Positions 33,372 through 43,850 of a stretch of DNA of 64,000 nucleotides are shown here, piece by piece. The notes under the pieces were generated by a model, which searched no databases, was not told the origin of the DNA, and saw only the letters and a program-made list of their open reading frames with translations. How positions within the stretch are numbered: the stretch's first letter is position 1; each line of letters starts with the position of its first letter. Source of the DNA: Dehalococcoidia bacterium (GTDB taxonomy: Bacteria > Chloroflexota > Dehalococcoidia > Bin125). The DNA lies in assembly GCA_965203775.1 (NCBI GenBank), contig OZ241913.1, forward strand, positions 2,522,366 through 2,586,365. The letters are read 5' to 3'. A program made the translations under genes and the position numbers.

Positions 33372-36279
33372 CGGGAGGCAGCGGGGGCAGGAAGGCCTGC
33401 ACTTCGGCGGCGATCCGCTGGATTGGCAGCTCCTGATAGGGCGCGGGCGGCAGAGCGTCGCGGAAGCGCTTGCCGTAGCGCTTGGTCGCCACGCGGTTGT
33501 CGAGGATCACGATCACGCCGCGGTCCTCGCTCGTGCGGATTAGCCGCCCGACGCCCTGGCGCAACTTGAGGATCGCGGTGGGCACCTGCAAATCGGCGAA
33601 TGCGTTGTCGTACTGCTCGGCGCGGGCCGACTGGATCGGATCGTTCGGGCGGTCGAAGGGCAGGCGGCAGACGATCACCTGGGAGAGCGTCTCGCCCGGC
33701 ACATCGACGCCGGTCCAGAGCGCGGCGACGCCGAAGACGACGGTGCGCGGGTTGGAGCGCAGGTCGTCGACGACTTGCGCGGGGCTGCCGTCGGGTCCCT
33801 GCACGGCGAGCGCGATGCCGGAGTTTTGCAAGGCGGGGCGGAGTCGGTCGGCGGCGCGGCGCATCGTGCCGTGCGCCGTGAACAGCGCCAGCGTGCGCCC
33901 GCCGGCCGCTCGCGCGAGCGGCAGAATTGCGTCCGCCAGCGCCTCGACCACCACATCGGTGGGGCCCTGGATTGAGGGCATGTCGTCGGCCACGTAGATG
34001 CGCCCGTTGCGCTCGTAGTCGAAGGGCGAGTCATACTGCGATTCGAGCGTCTCGGGCAGTCCGAGCCGTCTGCGCAGGAAATCCCATTTGTTGTCGACGG
34101 TGAGCGTGGCGCCGGTCAGGACGACTCGCGGGCAGCGGCTCCAGAGCAGCGCGTCAAGCATCTTCCCGATGTCGATCGGCGCGGCGTCGAGCGCGACGAC
34201 GTCCTGGGCGCGGCGCTGGCGGGAGCGCTGTTGTGGGCGGCGGCGTTCGAGCCAGACGACGGTCTGCGCGGGGTCGGCGCTGATCGCCAGGCTGAGCGCC
34301 TCGGCGGCTTCGTCGCAGGCGTCGGCCGCGTTGCGGGCGTCTTCGGCGATTTCGCCGCGGTCGGTCTGGTTGGAGCGCGCGTTGGCCTCGATCGCCCGCG
34401 CCAGCTCGCGCAGCTGCCTGCTCAGGTCGGCGAGCGACATGCCCGCCGACTCGGCCAGCTGCTCGATGTTGTGCCAATCGGGCTGGCTGCGCATCCCCGC
34501 GCTGAACACGACCGCGTCGCCCTGGGCGAACTGATTGAGAAATTGGGTAAACCCGAACCAGGCGGACTCGACTGCGTCGCGGGCCGCCGTCGCGGCGTCG
34601 GCGAGGTTATCAGCGGAGGCGGGCAGGGCGTCTTCGGCGCGCCGCGCCAGCGTGCCGCTGCGCCGGCGATCGGTCGAGCTGATCGCGTCGAATGTGGCGT
34701 CCAGCGTGTTTTCGTTGACCGAGGTGCGCAGAGCGTTGGTGGCGGCGTCTTCGAGGAAGTGCGCTTCGTCGATGATCACCGCGTCGGATTCGGAGAGGTG
34801 CGCGAAATCGGCGTCGTCGGGGGCCTCCAGGCGCGCCTGTCGGGCGGCTTCGAGGTTGCTGATTAGCCAGGCGTGATTGACGACGGTGAGGTGCGCCGAG
34901 GCGGCGTCGTCGAAGGCGCGGGCCAGGAAGCAGGCGCCCGTCGCCACGTGCTGCGTGCCGTCGTTGAGACAGGCGGTGCGGTCGGCCGAGAGCCGCGCCC
35001 AGTGGTCGTCGAGCTCGCGCGAGAGGCGCAACTGCTCGCGGTCGCCGCTGCAGTCGGACAGCTCCGACCAGACGGCGGCGCGGGCCAATAGCAGCCCCTC
35101 GCCGACTTCGAGCGCCGCCTCGCGCCCGGGCGCCGCGCTGCGCGCCAGCGCGGTGTCCAGCGCGCGGCGGCAGAGGTAGTTGCCCCGCCCCTTGAGCACC
35201 GTCGCGCGCAAGGCCGCGCCGAGGCCGGGCTGCGCGTAGTCGAGCATGCGGCGCAGCAGCGCGAAATCGTCTTCGGAAAGCTGCGCCTGCAAATTGCGCG
35301 TGTAGGTGCTGACGATCACGCGCCTGCCCTCGCGCATCGCCCAGAGCGCGGCGGGCACGAGATAGGCGAGCGATTTGCCCACGCCGGTGCCGGCCTCAAC
35401 CAGCGCGTGCTGGCCGCCGTCCAGGCCGGCCTCGGTCTCGGCTTCAACCAGCGTAAGTTGGCTGCCGTCGAGGGCTTTCGCGACATCGAGCGCCATATCC
35501 CGCTGCTGGGAGCGGCGCTCCATACCGGAAGAGCTGCGATGGTCGGCGGCCGTATCAAAGATGGCGGCGGTCAGCTTGGCGAGCGATTGGGCGGGCAGCT
35601 CGACGCGCGGCGGCGGTTGGGGCGCGTCGGGGCGCTGCGCGGGCGCGGCGGATCGCTCGGGCGCGCGCCGGCTCGCGCCGGGCGCGCTGGACGAGGTGAG
35701 CGCGATGAACGTGCGGAGCGGCGAATCCAGCGCCATCGCGCGGTCGGCGAGCGCAATCTGCTCGCGCTGCGACGCGCTGAGCCCGCCCCAAAGACGCAGC
35801 AGCGCGACCAGCAACTCGCGGCTCGCCTCCGCGTCCGTCGGCGCGCGGTGCGCTCTCGCCATCGCGATGCCGTGCCGCGCGCAGAGGTCGCCGAGCCGGT
35901 GCGAAGGCGCGGTCGGATCGAGCACCTGCGCGATCGGCAGCGTGTCGACGTACTGCCGCGAGGCGTCGATCCCCGCCGCGCCGAGGTGGTCGAGGTCGAA
36001 CTTCACGTTGTGGCCGATCGGCGTGGCGTCGGCGAGCAGCTCGCGCAGCGTTGCGGCGAGGTCATCGAGCAGCGGCGCGTCGCGCAGCTGTTCGGGGCGA
36101 ATGCCGGTGAGCCGCTGGATGCGCAGGTCGGGCATGCTGTAGGGGCGCACGAGGCTGTTCCAGCGCTCAAGCACGCGCTCCGGCGTGCAGCGCACGACGC
36201 CGATCTCAATGATCTCAGCGTCGCCCACCTTGAGCCCGGTGAGTTCAAGGTCAATGGCGGCGTAGATGGGGTTGGTCAT
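33355..36279 (-). CDS. dinG: DinG-family helicase with N-terminal DEDDh 3'-5' exonuclease
   Basis: DLELTG, HNVKFD, HRAPTDA; EAGTGVGKS, KGRGNYLC, DEAH, LRQGVGRLIR. Confidence 0.9.
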   Translation of the reverse strand: MTNPIYAAIDLELTGLKVGDAEIIEIGVVRCTPERVLERWNSLVRPYSMPDLRIQRLTGIRPEQLRDAPLLDDLAATLRELLADATPIGHNVKFDLDHLGAAGIDASRQYVDTLPIAQVLDPTAPSHRLGDLCARHGIAMARAHRAPTDAEASRELLVALLRLWGGLSASQREQIALADRAMALDSPLRTFIALTSSSAPGASRRAPERSAAPAQRPDAPQPPPRVELPAQSLAKLTAAIFDTAADHRSSSGMERRSQQRDMALDVAKALDGSQLTLVEAETEAGLDGGQHALVEAGTGVGKSLAYLVPAALWAMREGRRVIVSTYTRNLQAQLSEDDFALLRRMLDYAQPGLGAALRATVLKGRGNYLCRRALDTALARSAAPGREAALEVGEGLLLARAAVWSELSDCSGDREQLRLSRELDDHWARLSADRTACLNDGTQHVATGACFLARAFDDAASAHLTVVNHAWLISNLEAARQARLEAPDDADFAHLSESDAVIIDEAHFLEDAATNALRTSVNENTLDATFDAISSTDRRRSGTLARRAEDALPASADNLADAATAARDAVESAWFGFTQFLNQFAQGDAVVFSAGMRSQPDWHNIEQLAESAGMSLADLSRQLRELARAIEANARSNQTDRGEIAEDARNAADACDEAAEALSLAISADPAQTVVWLERRRPQQRSRQRRAQDVVALDAAPIDIGKMLDALLWSRCPRVVLTGATLTVDNKWDFLRRRLGLPETLESQYDSPFDYERNGRIYVADDMPSIQGPTDVVVEALADAILPLARAAGGRTLALFTAHGTMRRAADRLRPALQNSGIALAVQGPDGSPAQVVDDLRSNPRTVVFGVAALWTGVDVPGETLSQVIVCRLPFDRPNDPIQSARAEQYDNAFADLQVPTAILKLRQGVGRLIRTSEDRGVIVILDNRVATKRYGKRFRDALPPAPYQELPIQRIAAEVQAFLPPLPPDERQG

Positions 36280-36306
36280 CGCAATCAGTCTAGAGCGCAA
36301 GCCTCT

Positions 36307-36516
36307 CCGTCATTCCTGCGCAGGCAGGAACCTGCCGCGCGCACCAATCCCCCCCAATCCCTCCCCTCATTCCCCAATTCATCCCTCCCCCCTCTCAGGG
36401 GGGAGGTTAGGTGGGGGGTGGAATGCCACGAGCCAGCGCCAGCCGCCCTCCAACACCCCGATCGCCTCCCCCCTCATCCCTCCCCTCATTCCCCAATTCA
36501 TCCCTCCCCCCTTTTA
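36307..36516. repeat. Repeat A plus ~119-bp repeat-B tandem units (left of IS copy 2)
   Basis: Unit start at 36411; next unit is interrupted by the IS. Confidence 0.88.
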
Positions 36517-37704
36517 GAGACCTTTGCACAACTCTGGGGGATCGGCGATTCTTGTGGGGAACGCGGTGGGTTGGACGCGAAAGGGGTGCGGCATGGAGCG
36601 TGAGCGCAGGCAGGGGTCGTTCGGCGAGGCGCAGATACCGGAGCGGCGCGGGCGCAACGCGCAGTTGGAGGCGATCCACGCGGCGATTGATTGGACGCGC
36701 TTCGCGCGGCTGCTGGCCGGGCTGCACGGCTCGCGGATGGGCCGCAAGGCCTACCCGGCGCTGGTCATGCTCAAAATCTGTCTGCTGCAGCAGTGGCACG
36801 ACCTGTCCGATCCGGCGATGGAGGACATGCTCTGGGAGCGCGCCTCGTTCTGCCGCTTCGCGGGGCTGAGCCTCTGCGAGGAGATTCCCGATCACTCCAC
36901 GATCAGCCGCTACCGCGCGCTGTTCGCGCAGCGCGGGCTGGGCGAGGCGCTGCTGCGCGAGTTGGACGAGCAGTTGGAGGCGCAGGGGCTGTTCATCGAG
37001 CCGGGCCGCGCGACGCTGATGGACGCCACGCTGATCGAGGCGCAGGCCTCGCGGCGCCGCTCCAAGTCGGCCCAGGGGCCGACCGACCCGGACGCCGCCT
37101 GGGGCGGCGCCCGCGGGAACGCCTGCTACGGCTACAAGGGCCACGTCGGGGTCGACGCCGACACCCAGTTGATCCGCCGCGGCGTCTTCACCCCGGCCAA
37201 CGTCAACGAGTCGCAGGTCGCCGAGGCGCTGCTGACCGGCGACGAGGCGGCGGTGCACGCCGACCGCGCCTACGACAAGGCCGAGCGGCGCGCACTGCTG
37301 GAGGCGATGCGGATCGACTGCCGCATCCTCAGACGGGCCGACCGCTACCACCCGCTGACGGAGGCGGAGCGCGAACTGAACGCGCTCTGGGAGCGAACCA
37401 GACGCAAGGTCGAGCCGGTCTTCGGCACGTTCAAACGCAGCTACGGCTACCGCACCACGCGCTACTACAGCCTGGAGCGCAACCGCTTCGAGTTCTACCT
37501 CGAATGCCTCGCCTTCAACCTGCGCAAACTCGTGCGGCTGCAGGCCGCGGTCTAAGCCCCGCCGCCGCCGGGCGCAGTGCGCCCCAGCCGCCCGCGCAGC
37601 CCCAAAAACACCCGCCCGAACCCCCCGCGCAAGGCCCCAACCGCGCCATCCCGCGCCCTAAAACGCCCCCAACAACCCCGCCAGCCGACTTTTTCAAAGG
37701 TCTC
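36517..37704 (+). mobile_element. IS5-family insertion sequence, copy 2, 1188 bp
   Basis: Same IRs as copy 1; 5-bp direct repeat TTTTA at 36512-36516 and 37705-37709; only two substitutions noticed versus copy 1. Confidence 0.93.
36593..37555 (+). CDS. IS5-family DDE transposase
   Basis: Protein identical to copy 1 except K>E near the C-terminus. Confidence 0.93.
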   Translation: MERERRQGSFGEAQIPERRGRNAQLEAIHAAIDWTRFARLLAGLHGSRMGRKAYPALVMLKICLLQQWHDLSDPAMEDMLWERASFCRFAGLSLCEEIPDHSTISRYRALFAQRGLGEALLRELDEQLEAQGLFIEPGRATLMDATLIEAQASRRRSKSAQGPTDPDAAWGGARGNACYGYKGHVGVDADTQLIRRGVFTPANVNESQVAEALLTGDEAAVHADRAYDKAERRALLEAMRIDCRILRRADRYHPLTEAERELNALWERTRRKVEPVFGTFKRSYGYRTTRYYSLERNRFEFYLECLAFNLRKLVRLQAAV

Positions 37705-38228
37705 TTTTAGGGGGGAGCTTAGGTGGGGGGTGGAATGCCACGAGCCAGCGCCAGCCGCCCTCCTACGCCCCGATCGCCCCCCTCCCCCCCATCCCTACCT
37801 ACCTGCCCTCATCCCTGCCCCACCTTCCGTCATTCCTGCGCAGGCAGGAACCCGCTGCGCGCACCAATCCCCCCCAATCCCTCCCCTCATTCCCCAATTC
37901 ATCCCTCCCCCCTTTCAGGGGGGAGGTTAGGTGGGGGGTGAGATGCCGCGAGCCAGCGCCAGCCGCCCTCCAACACCCCGATCGCCTCCCCCCTCATCCC
38001 TCCCCTCATTCCCCAATTCATCCCTCCCCCCTCTCAGGGGGGAGGTTAGGTGGGGGGTGGAATGCCGCGAGCCAGCGCCAGCCGCCCCCCAAACCCCGAT
38101 CGCCTCCCCCCTCATCCCTCCCCTCATTCCCCAATTCATCCCTCCCCCCTTTCAGGGGGGAGGTTAGGTGGGGGGTGGAATGCCACGAGCCAGCGCCAGC
38201 CACTCTCCAAACCCCGATCGCCTCCTCC
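37705..38228. repeat. Repeat A/B mosaic with ~119-bp tandem units
   Basis: GTGGGGGGTG unit starts at 37723, 37931, 38050, 38168. Confidence 0.88.
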
Positions 38229-38276
38229 GCTGTTCGCTCAGTTGGCGCTTGACGCGCAACGAATATTGGCGCCGAA

Positions 38277-39866
38277 TCAGGCGCCCCAGCCGCCGCCGCC
38301 GGGCGTCTCGATGCGCACCGCGTCGCCCGCCTTGACCGACAGCACGATCTTGCCCGGCAGCGCGCGCAGCTCCGGTTCGCCGTCCGCGCCCCGCGTCTCC
38401 AGCCAGTTTTGGCCCGCCTCGCCATCGCCGCCGCCGTTTGCGCCCCACGCTTGCCCCACCCGGCGCTCCGTGATCAGCGTCACCCGCGCGTCGCCGAGAA
38501 ACTCGGTGCGCCGCACCAGGCCGTTGCCGCCGCGCTGGCGGCCTGCGCCGCCGCTGTTGCGGCGGATGCTGTTCTCCAGCACCCGCAGGGGGTAGGCCAG
38601 CTCCAGCGCCTCCGCGGGCGTATTGAGCGTGTTCGTCATATGGCTGTGCGTCGCGTTGAGCCCGGCGCTCTGCGGGCCGCCGCCCAGACCACCGCCGCTC
38701 GTCTCGTAGTACGCCCACGGGCCGCCGCTGCGCGGGTCGATCCCGCCCGCCGTCAGATTGTTCATCGTGCCGCTCGACGCCGCCGGCATTCGCTCTGGCA
38801 GAATCTGGGCGAACGCGCCCCAGACCGTATCCACGATCCGCTGGCTCGTCTCCACATTGCCCGCCGCCACCGCCACCGGCGGGCGCGCCGCCACGACGCT
38901 CCCCTCGGGCAGCGTGAACGAGATCGGGCGAAACAGCCCGGCATTGGTCGGCGTCTCGGGCGGCAGCAGGCAGCGGATCACGTAGTAGCAAGCCGAGCGC
39001 GTGACGGGCGCGACGGCGTTGATCGAGGCCGCCCGCTGCGCCGCGCTGCCGCTGAAATCGAAATGCGCCCCGCCCCCCGCCAGCGTCAGCGCCACCCGAA
39101 TCGGCACCGGCTCGTCTCGGTGTCCGTCGTCATCCAGCGCGTCCTCGAACATCCAGCGCCCCTCGGGCAGATCGCCCAGCGCCGCCCGCGCGGCGCGCTC
39201 GCCGTGATCCAGCAGCGCCGCCGTGTGGCGCGGCCAGGCCGACGCGCCCAGGTCTTCGTGCAGCGCCGCGACTCGGCGCTCGCCCAGCCGCTGCGCCGCG
39301 ATCTGCGCCGCGAAATCGCCCCGCCGCTCCTCCGGCGTGCGCACATTGCGCAGGATCAACTCCAGCGCCTCCGAGACCAGCTCGCCCGCGCGGTACAGCC
39401 GCAGCGGCGGAATCACCAGCCCCTCCTGAATCAGCTCTTCAGCGACCGGCATCGAGCCCGGCGCCATCCCCCCGATGTCCGCCTGATGCGCCCGGCTGGC
39501 GACATAACCGATCGGCTCTCCAATGCCTTCCGCGAAGACGGGCGAGACCATCGTCACATCCGGCAGATGCGTCCCGCCCAGAAACGGATCGTTCAGAATC
39601 GCCAGGTCGCCCGGCCGCCAGGGCGCGAGATTGGCCACCGCCCGCACCGACTCCGGCATCGCGCCCAGATGCACCGGGATGTGCGCGGCCTGCGCCAGCA
39701 GCTGCCCCTCCGCGTCGAACACCGCGCAAGAGAAATCCGCCCGCTCCTTGATGTTCGGCGACAGCGCGGTGTGGCGCAGCGTCGCGCCCATCTCGTCGGC
39801 AATCGACGAGACCAGCGAGTCGAAAATCGCCAGCCGCGCCGGATCGGGCATCTCATTCTGTGTCAT
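38277..39866 (-). CDS. Hydantoinase B / 5-oxoprolinase subunit B
   Basis: SPNIKERADFSCA, HIPVHLGAM, NDPFLGGTHLPD, TPGGGGWG. Confidence 0.92.
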   Translation of the reverse strand: MTQNEMPDPARLAIFDSLVSSIADEMGATLRHTALSPNIKERADFSCAVFDAEGQLLAQAAHIPVHLGAMPESVRAVANLAPWRPGDLAILNDPFLGGTHLPDVTMVSPVFAEGIGEPIGYVASRAHQADIGGMAPGSMPVAEELIQEGLVIPPLRLYRAGELVSEALELILRNVRTPEERRGDFAAQIAAQRLGERRVAALHEDLGASAWPRHTAALLDHGERAARAALGDLPEGRWMFEDALDDDGHRDEPVPIRVALTLAGGGAHFDFSGSAAQRAASINAVAPVTRSACYYVIRCLLPPETPTNAGLFRPISFTLPEGSVVAARPPVAVAAGNVETSQRIVDTVWGAFAQILPERMPAASSGTMNNLTAGGIDPRSGGPWAYYETSGGGLGGGPQSAGLNATHSHMTNTLNTPAEALELAYPLRVLENSIRRNSGGAGRQRGGNGLVRRTEFLGDARVTLITERRVGQAWGANGGGDGEAGQNWLETRGADGEPELRALPGKIVLSVKAGDAVRIETPGGGGWGA

Positions 39867-41860
39867 CAGACTCGCTCCAACAACAGCGCGCCGCTTTCGA
39901 TCGGCCGCGCCGCCCAGCCCGGCGGCACCAGCGTCGTCGCATCGACCTGCGTGATCACCGCCGGGCCTGCCACGCGCTCCCGCACCGCGGCGCGATTGAG
40001 GAACCGCGTCGCGCGGTTCCGATCCCACAGCACATCGTGCTCCGCTTCGGCTGCCGCCGCAGCCGCGTCGTCCAGCTGGCGCGGCTGATCATGCCCCGGC
40101 GCGCGCGCCTTGACCCGCGCCGTGACCAACTCAACGCCGCGGGCGTCGTCGCGGAACCCGAAGCGCTCCACGTGCGCCGCCTGAAACGCCTCGCGGATCT
40201 GCGCCGTCGAGCCGTAGTCGGTCAGCCCGACCGTCAGCTCGTGCGATTGCCCTTGATAGCGCAGGTCCGCCGCGTACTCGATCCGCACATTCCCGCCGTA
40301 GCCGTCCGCCCCAATCGCGTCCGACACTTGCTCGCGCAGCGCGGCGTAGACGCCCGCCAGCGCCGCGCCATCGGCCTCGCCCGCGGCGGGAATCGCCAGA
40401 TGCGCGCCCTGCTCCGCGTCGCGCGTCACGTCCGCGCTCAGCATCCCGCTCGCGCTGAGCACGCCGGGCGAGGGCGGAATCAGCGCGGCCGGAATGCCCA
40501 GCGCGTCGGCCAGATCGCAGGCGTGCAGCGGCCCCGCGCCGCCGAACGCGACCAGCGTGAAGCGCGCCGGATCGTGCCCGCGCTCCACCGAAATCACCCG
40601 CAGCGCCCGCGCCATATTCGCGTTCACCACATCGATCACCGCCGCCGCCGCGCGGCGCGGATCGCCGCCGAACGGCTCCGCCACGCTGCGCAGCGCCCGC
40701 TCGGCGCGCGCCGGATCCAGCGCGATCGTCCCGCCCAACCGCTGCTCGGGGCGCAGACGCCCCAACACCGCGTGCGCGTCGGTCACCGTCGGCGTCTCCC
40801 CGCGCCCGTAGGCCGCCGGCCCCGGATCCGCGCCCGCGCTCTGCGGCCCCACCCGCAGCGCGCCGCCCGCGTCGAACCAGGCGATCGAGCCCCCGCCCGC
40901 GCCCACCGTGTGCAGGTCCACCGCCGGCGTGCGGATCGGCATCCCGTCGATCATCAGGTCCGTGCGCTCCAGCAGCCGCCCCGGGCAAAGCGACACATCG
41001 GCCGAGGTGCCGCCCATATCGAACGTGATCGCCTGCTCGTGCTCCGCCGCAACCGCCGCCGCGAACGCTCCAGCTACGCCGCCCGCCGGTCCGGAGAGCA
41101 CCGTCCGCACCGCCTGCTCGCCCGCCCCCGCCGCGCTCAGACTGCCCCCGTTGGACTGCATAATCCGCAGCCCGATCGCTCCCCCGTCCGCGGCCTGCTC
41201 GGAGAGCGATCGCTCCAGGCGGCTGAGATAGCTCGACATCACCGGCGCGAGGTAGGCGTTGGCGACCGTTGTGCTCATCCGCTCGTACTCGCGGTGCTGC
41301 GGCAGCACTTCGTGCGACGCCGAGACCGAGAAGCCGCGCTCCCGCGCCAGCGCCGCCGCCCTCCGCTCATGCGTCGGGTTGATGAACGAAAAGAGGAAGC
41401 AGATCGCCACCGAGCGCACGCCCGACGCCTCAATCTCGTCCAACACCTCCGCCAGCCCCGCCTCGTCCAGCGGCTCGACCAGCGCGCCGTCCGCCGCAAT
41501 CCGCTCCCCGACCTCGAAGCGCAGCGCCTCGCCGACCAGCGGCTTCGGCCGCGTCGGATGCAGCGCGTACAGATCCGGCCGCGCCTGCCGCCCGATCTCC
41601 AGCGTGTCGCGGAAGCCCCGCGTCGTAATCAGCGCCGTCGCCGCGCCGCTGCGCGTCAGCAGCGTATTCGTCGCCACCGTCGAGCCGTGCGCCACCTCGC
41701 TCGGCCGCCAGCCCAGCTCGCGCAGCCCCTCCACAATCGCCCGCCCCGGATCCGCAGGCGTCGAAGGCCGCTTCGCAATCCGCGTGCGCCCATCCTCCAC
41801 GTACACGAAGTCCGTGAACGTCCCCCCCACATCAACCCCAAGCAACCGTCGCGCCGCCAT
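39866..41860 (-). CDS. Hydantoinase A / 5-oxoprolinase subunit A
   Basis: DVGGTFTD, HGSTVATN, SGPAGG, DMGGTSAD, GAGGGSIA, FGGAGPLHA. Confidence 0.92.
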   Translation of the reverse strand: MAARRLLGVDVGGTFTDFVYVEDGRTRIAKRPSTPADPGRAIVEGLRELGWRPSEVAHGSTVATNTLLTRSGAATALITTRGFRDTLEIGRQARPDLYALHPTRPKPLVGEALRFEVGERIAADGALVEPLDEAGLAEVLDEIEASGVRSVAICFLFSFINPTHERRAAALARERGFSVSASHEVLPQHREYERMSTTVANAYLAPVMSSYLSRLERSLSEQAADGGAIGLRIMQSNGGSLSAAGAGEQAVRTVLSGPAGGVAGAFAAAVAAEHEQAITFDMGGTSADVSLCPGRLLERTDLMIDGMPIRTPAVDLHTVGAGGGSIAWFDAGGALRVGPQSAGADPGPAAYGRGETPTVTDAHAVLGRLRPEQRLGGTIALDPARAERALRSVAEPFGGDPRRAAAAVIDVVNANMARALRVISVERGHDPARFTLVAFGGAGPLHACDLADALGIPAALIPPSPGVLSASGMLSADVTRDAEQGAHLAIPAAGEADGAALAGVYAALREQVSDAIGADGYGGNVRIEYAADLRYQGQSHELTVGLTDYGSTAQIREAFQAAHVERFGFRDDARGVELVTARVKARAPGHDQPRQLDDAAAAAAEAEHDVLWDRNRATRFLNRAAVRERVAGPAVITQVDATTLVPPGWAARPIESGALLLERV

Positions 41861-41928
41861 GCCGGCAGTCTAGGCCGTGTTCACGCTAACCGCGCACCAC
41901 CCAGCAACCCGGCAACATTCCACCTCTT

Positions 41929-42190
41929 CCCCAATTCATCCCCCCCCCCTTCCAGGGAGGAGGTTAGGTAGGGCCTCACCCTGATCGGCCCGCACGGCTG
42001 GAAATTTATCCCTCCCCCCTTCCAGGAGGAGGTTAGATGGGGCCTCACCCTGATCGGCCCGCACGGCTGGAAATTTATCCCTCCCCCCTTCCAGGAGGAG
42101 GTTAGGTGGGGCTTCACCCTGATCGGCCCGCACGGGCTGGAAATTCATCCCTCCCCCCTTCCAGGGGGGAGGTTAGGTGGGGGGTGGGAC
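41929..42190. repeat. Four repeat-B copies in a 69-70-bp tandem array with near-identical linkers
   Basis: AATT(C/T)ATCCC at 41933, 42003, 42072, 42142; linker CACCCTGATCGGCCCGCACGG repeated three times. Confidence 0.9.
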
Positions 42191-42211
42191 GCCACGCGCG
42201 CAAACCGCCTC

Positions 42212-43387
42212 TTACAACGCCTCGACGCCGGCTGCGCGGATTTGGCGCGCGACGCTGAGCCGCAGGATCTCGGTCGGCCCCTCGGCGATGCGCAGCGAGC
42301 GGGCGACGCGCAGCAGGCGTTCGAGCGGGTGCCCGCGCAGCAGCGCCTGCGCGCCGTGCAGCTGAATCGCCCGATCGACCACCCGACCGAGCGTCTCGGT
42401 CGCTGCGGCCTTGGCGATCGCGACCTCGGTCGCCGCGCTGGGCTCGCCCTGTTCGAGCGCCTCGGCGGCGCGGTAGAGCGCCGCCCGCGCCTGATACGTC
42501 TCGAAGACGCAATCGGCGAAGATCGCCTGCACCTGCTCACGCTCCGCCAGCGGCGCGCCGGAGCGGTGCGGCGCCTCGATCCGTTCCAGCGTGGCGCGAT
42601 TAACCCAGCGCGCCAGACCCACCGCTTCGGCGGCGACCCGCAGCCGCATCTGGTCGATGTTGGCCAGCGCGCGGGGCAGGCCGTCGCCGATCTTGCCCAG
42701 CAGCCGCGACTCCGGCACGGGCGTCTCCGTGAACGTAAACGAGCAGTGCGTCGCGCCGTCGATGCTCGCGCCGACCGGGCCCTGCTCGACGCCCGGCGCG
42801 TCGCGGTCCACGACCAGCAGCGCGGTGCCGCCCTCTGGCGCGTCGGGATGGCTGTCCGGCGGCACGTTGGCCACGACCACGATCCAGTCGGCGCGGTCCC
42901 CGCCGGTGACGAACGCTTTCTTGCCGGTCACGAGAAAGCCGGGCTGGCCGCCGTCGAGCATGGCCGGGGCGGCCTGGGTACGCTGCGCGCCCTGCTTGCC
43001 CGGCGCTTCGGTGAAGCCGAACGCGGCGCTGCGCTGTCCCGCCAGCACGGGCGCGTAGAGCGCGTCGCGCTGCGCGGCGTTGTCGGCCAGCCGCATAATC
43101 CCCGGCCCGCGCGCCAGCGCCAGCGAAGCGAACGGATTGCCCGAGCAAGCCAGCGCCTCCCGCGCCGCCGTAATCCGCAGCGGCCCCGCGCCCAGCCCGC
43201 CGTCCGCCGCGGGCACGGAGAGCCGGTAGAACCCGGCCGCCTCGCTGCGCCGCGCAATCTCGCGCCGCAAATCAGCCGGCGGATCCTCCGGATCCACGCC
43301 GCGCGTGAGCGGATCCAGCTGCTCCGCCGCAAAGCGCAGCAAGTCGCGCTGCAAGTCCGCAAGGTCGTCGGGCAGTTGGCTGTTCAT
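42212..43387 (-). CDS. Acyl-CoA dehydrogenase family protein
   Basis: FGFTEAP, GKKAFVT, VVDRAIQLHG, RIAEGPTEI. Confidence 0.9.
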   Translation of the reverse strand: MNSQLPDDLADLQRDLLRFAAEQLDPLTRGVDPEDPPADLRREIARRSEAAGFYRLSVPAADGGLGAGPLRITAAREALACSGNPFASLALARGPGIMRLADNAAQRDALYAPVLAGQRSAAFGFTEAPGKQGAQRTQAAPAMLDGGQPGFLVTGKKAFVTGGDRADWIVVVANVPPDSHPDAPEGGTALLVVDRDAPGVEQGPVGASIDGATHCSFTFTETPVPESRLLGKIGDGLPRALANIDQMRLRVAAEAVGLARWVNRATLERIEAPHRSGAPLAEREQVQAIFADCVFETYQARAALYRAAEALEQGEPSAATEVAIAKAAATETLGRVVDRAIQLHGAQALLRGHPLERLLRVARSLRIAEGPTEILRLSVARQIRAAGVEAL

Positions 43388-43473
43388 CGGCAAATCCGTC
43401 CTGGCACCGCTTGCGCTGTTGGGTGAGATGTTACGCCGGGCCGCGCCGCCCGCCGATCGCCTCCGCCAGATCC

Positions 43474-43850
43474 GCCCCAATCTTCCCCAATCGTGCTAAC
43501 CTATTCAGAAGAACGAAAGTGCGAGCGATGCCCAACCCCCCGAATCTCGACCAGATCTGCGCCCCGAACACAGCCGTCCGCCCCGCAACGCTGCCCCGGC
43601 GATCCCCGAACACCCTGAACAACCCTGAACAAATCCGAACAACCCTGAACACCGCCGAACGCCCCGACCAGACGGGCGCGCCGCCCGGATCGCCTCCGAA
43701 CACACCCCGAACAAACCTGAACAAACCTGAACAAATCCGAACAAACCTGAACACGTCCGAGCGCCCCGACCAGATAGGACCTCAGCCCCGGTCGCCCCCG
43801 ATCAGCCCGAAAAAAAACAAACCCGAACACCGCCGTCGCCCACTCGCAGA
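43474..43850 (+). repeat. Dispersed GAAC-array element, copy Y (with an internal ~100-bp duplication)
   Basis: GTGCTAACCT..AGAAGAACGAAAGTGCGAG..ATGCCC, two (C/T)GAACA arrays, ends CGCCCACTCGCAGA as in copy X. Confidence 0.8.

Noticed and set aside
41929-42190. CRISPR array (regular ~70-bp period, palindromic repeat)
   Set aside because: Spacers are essentially identical, the repeat is dispersed through the window in other contexts, and there are no cas genes
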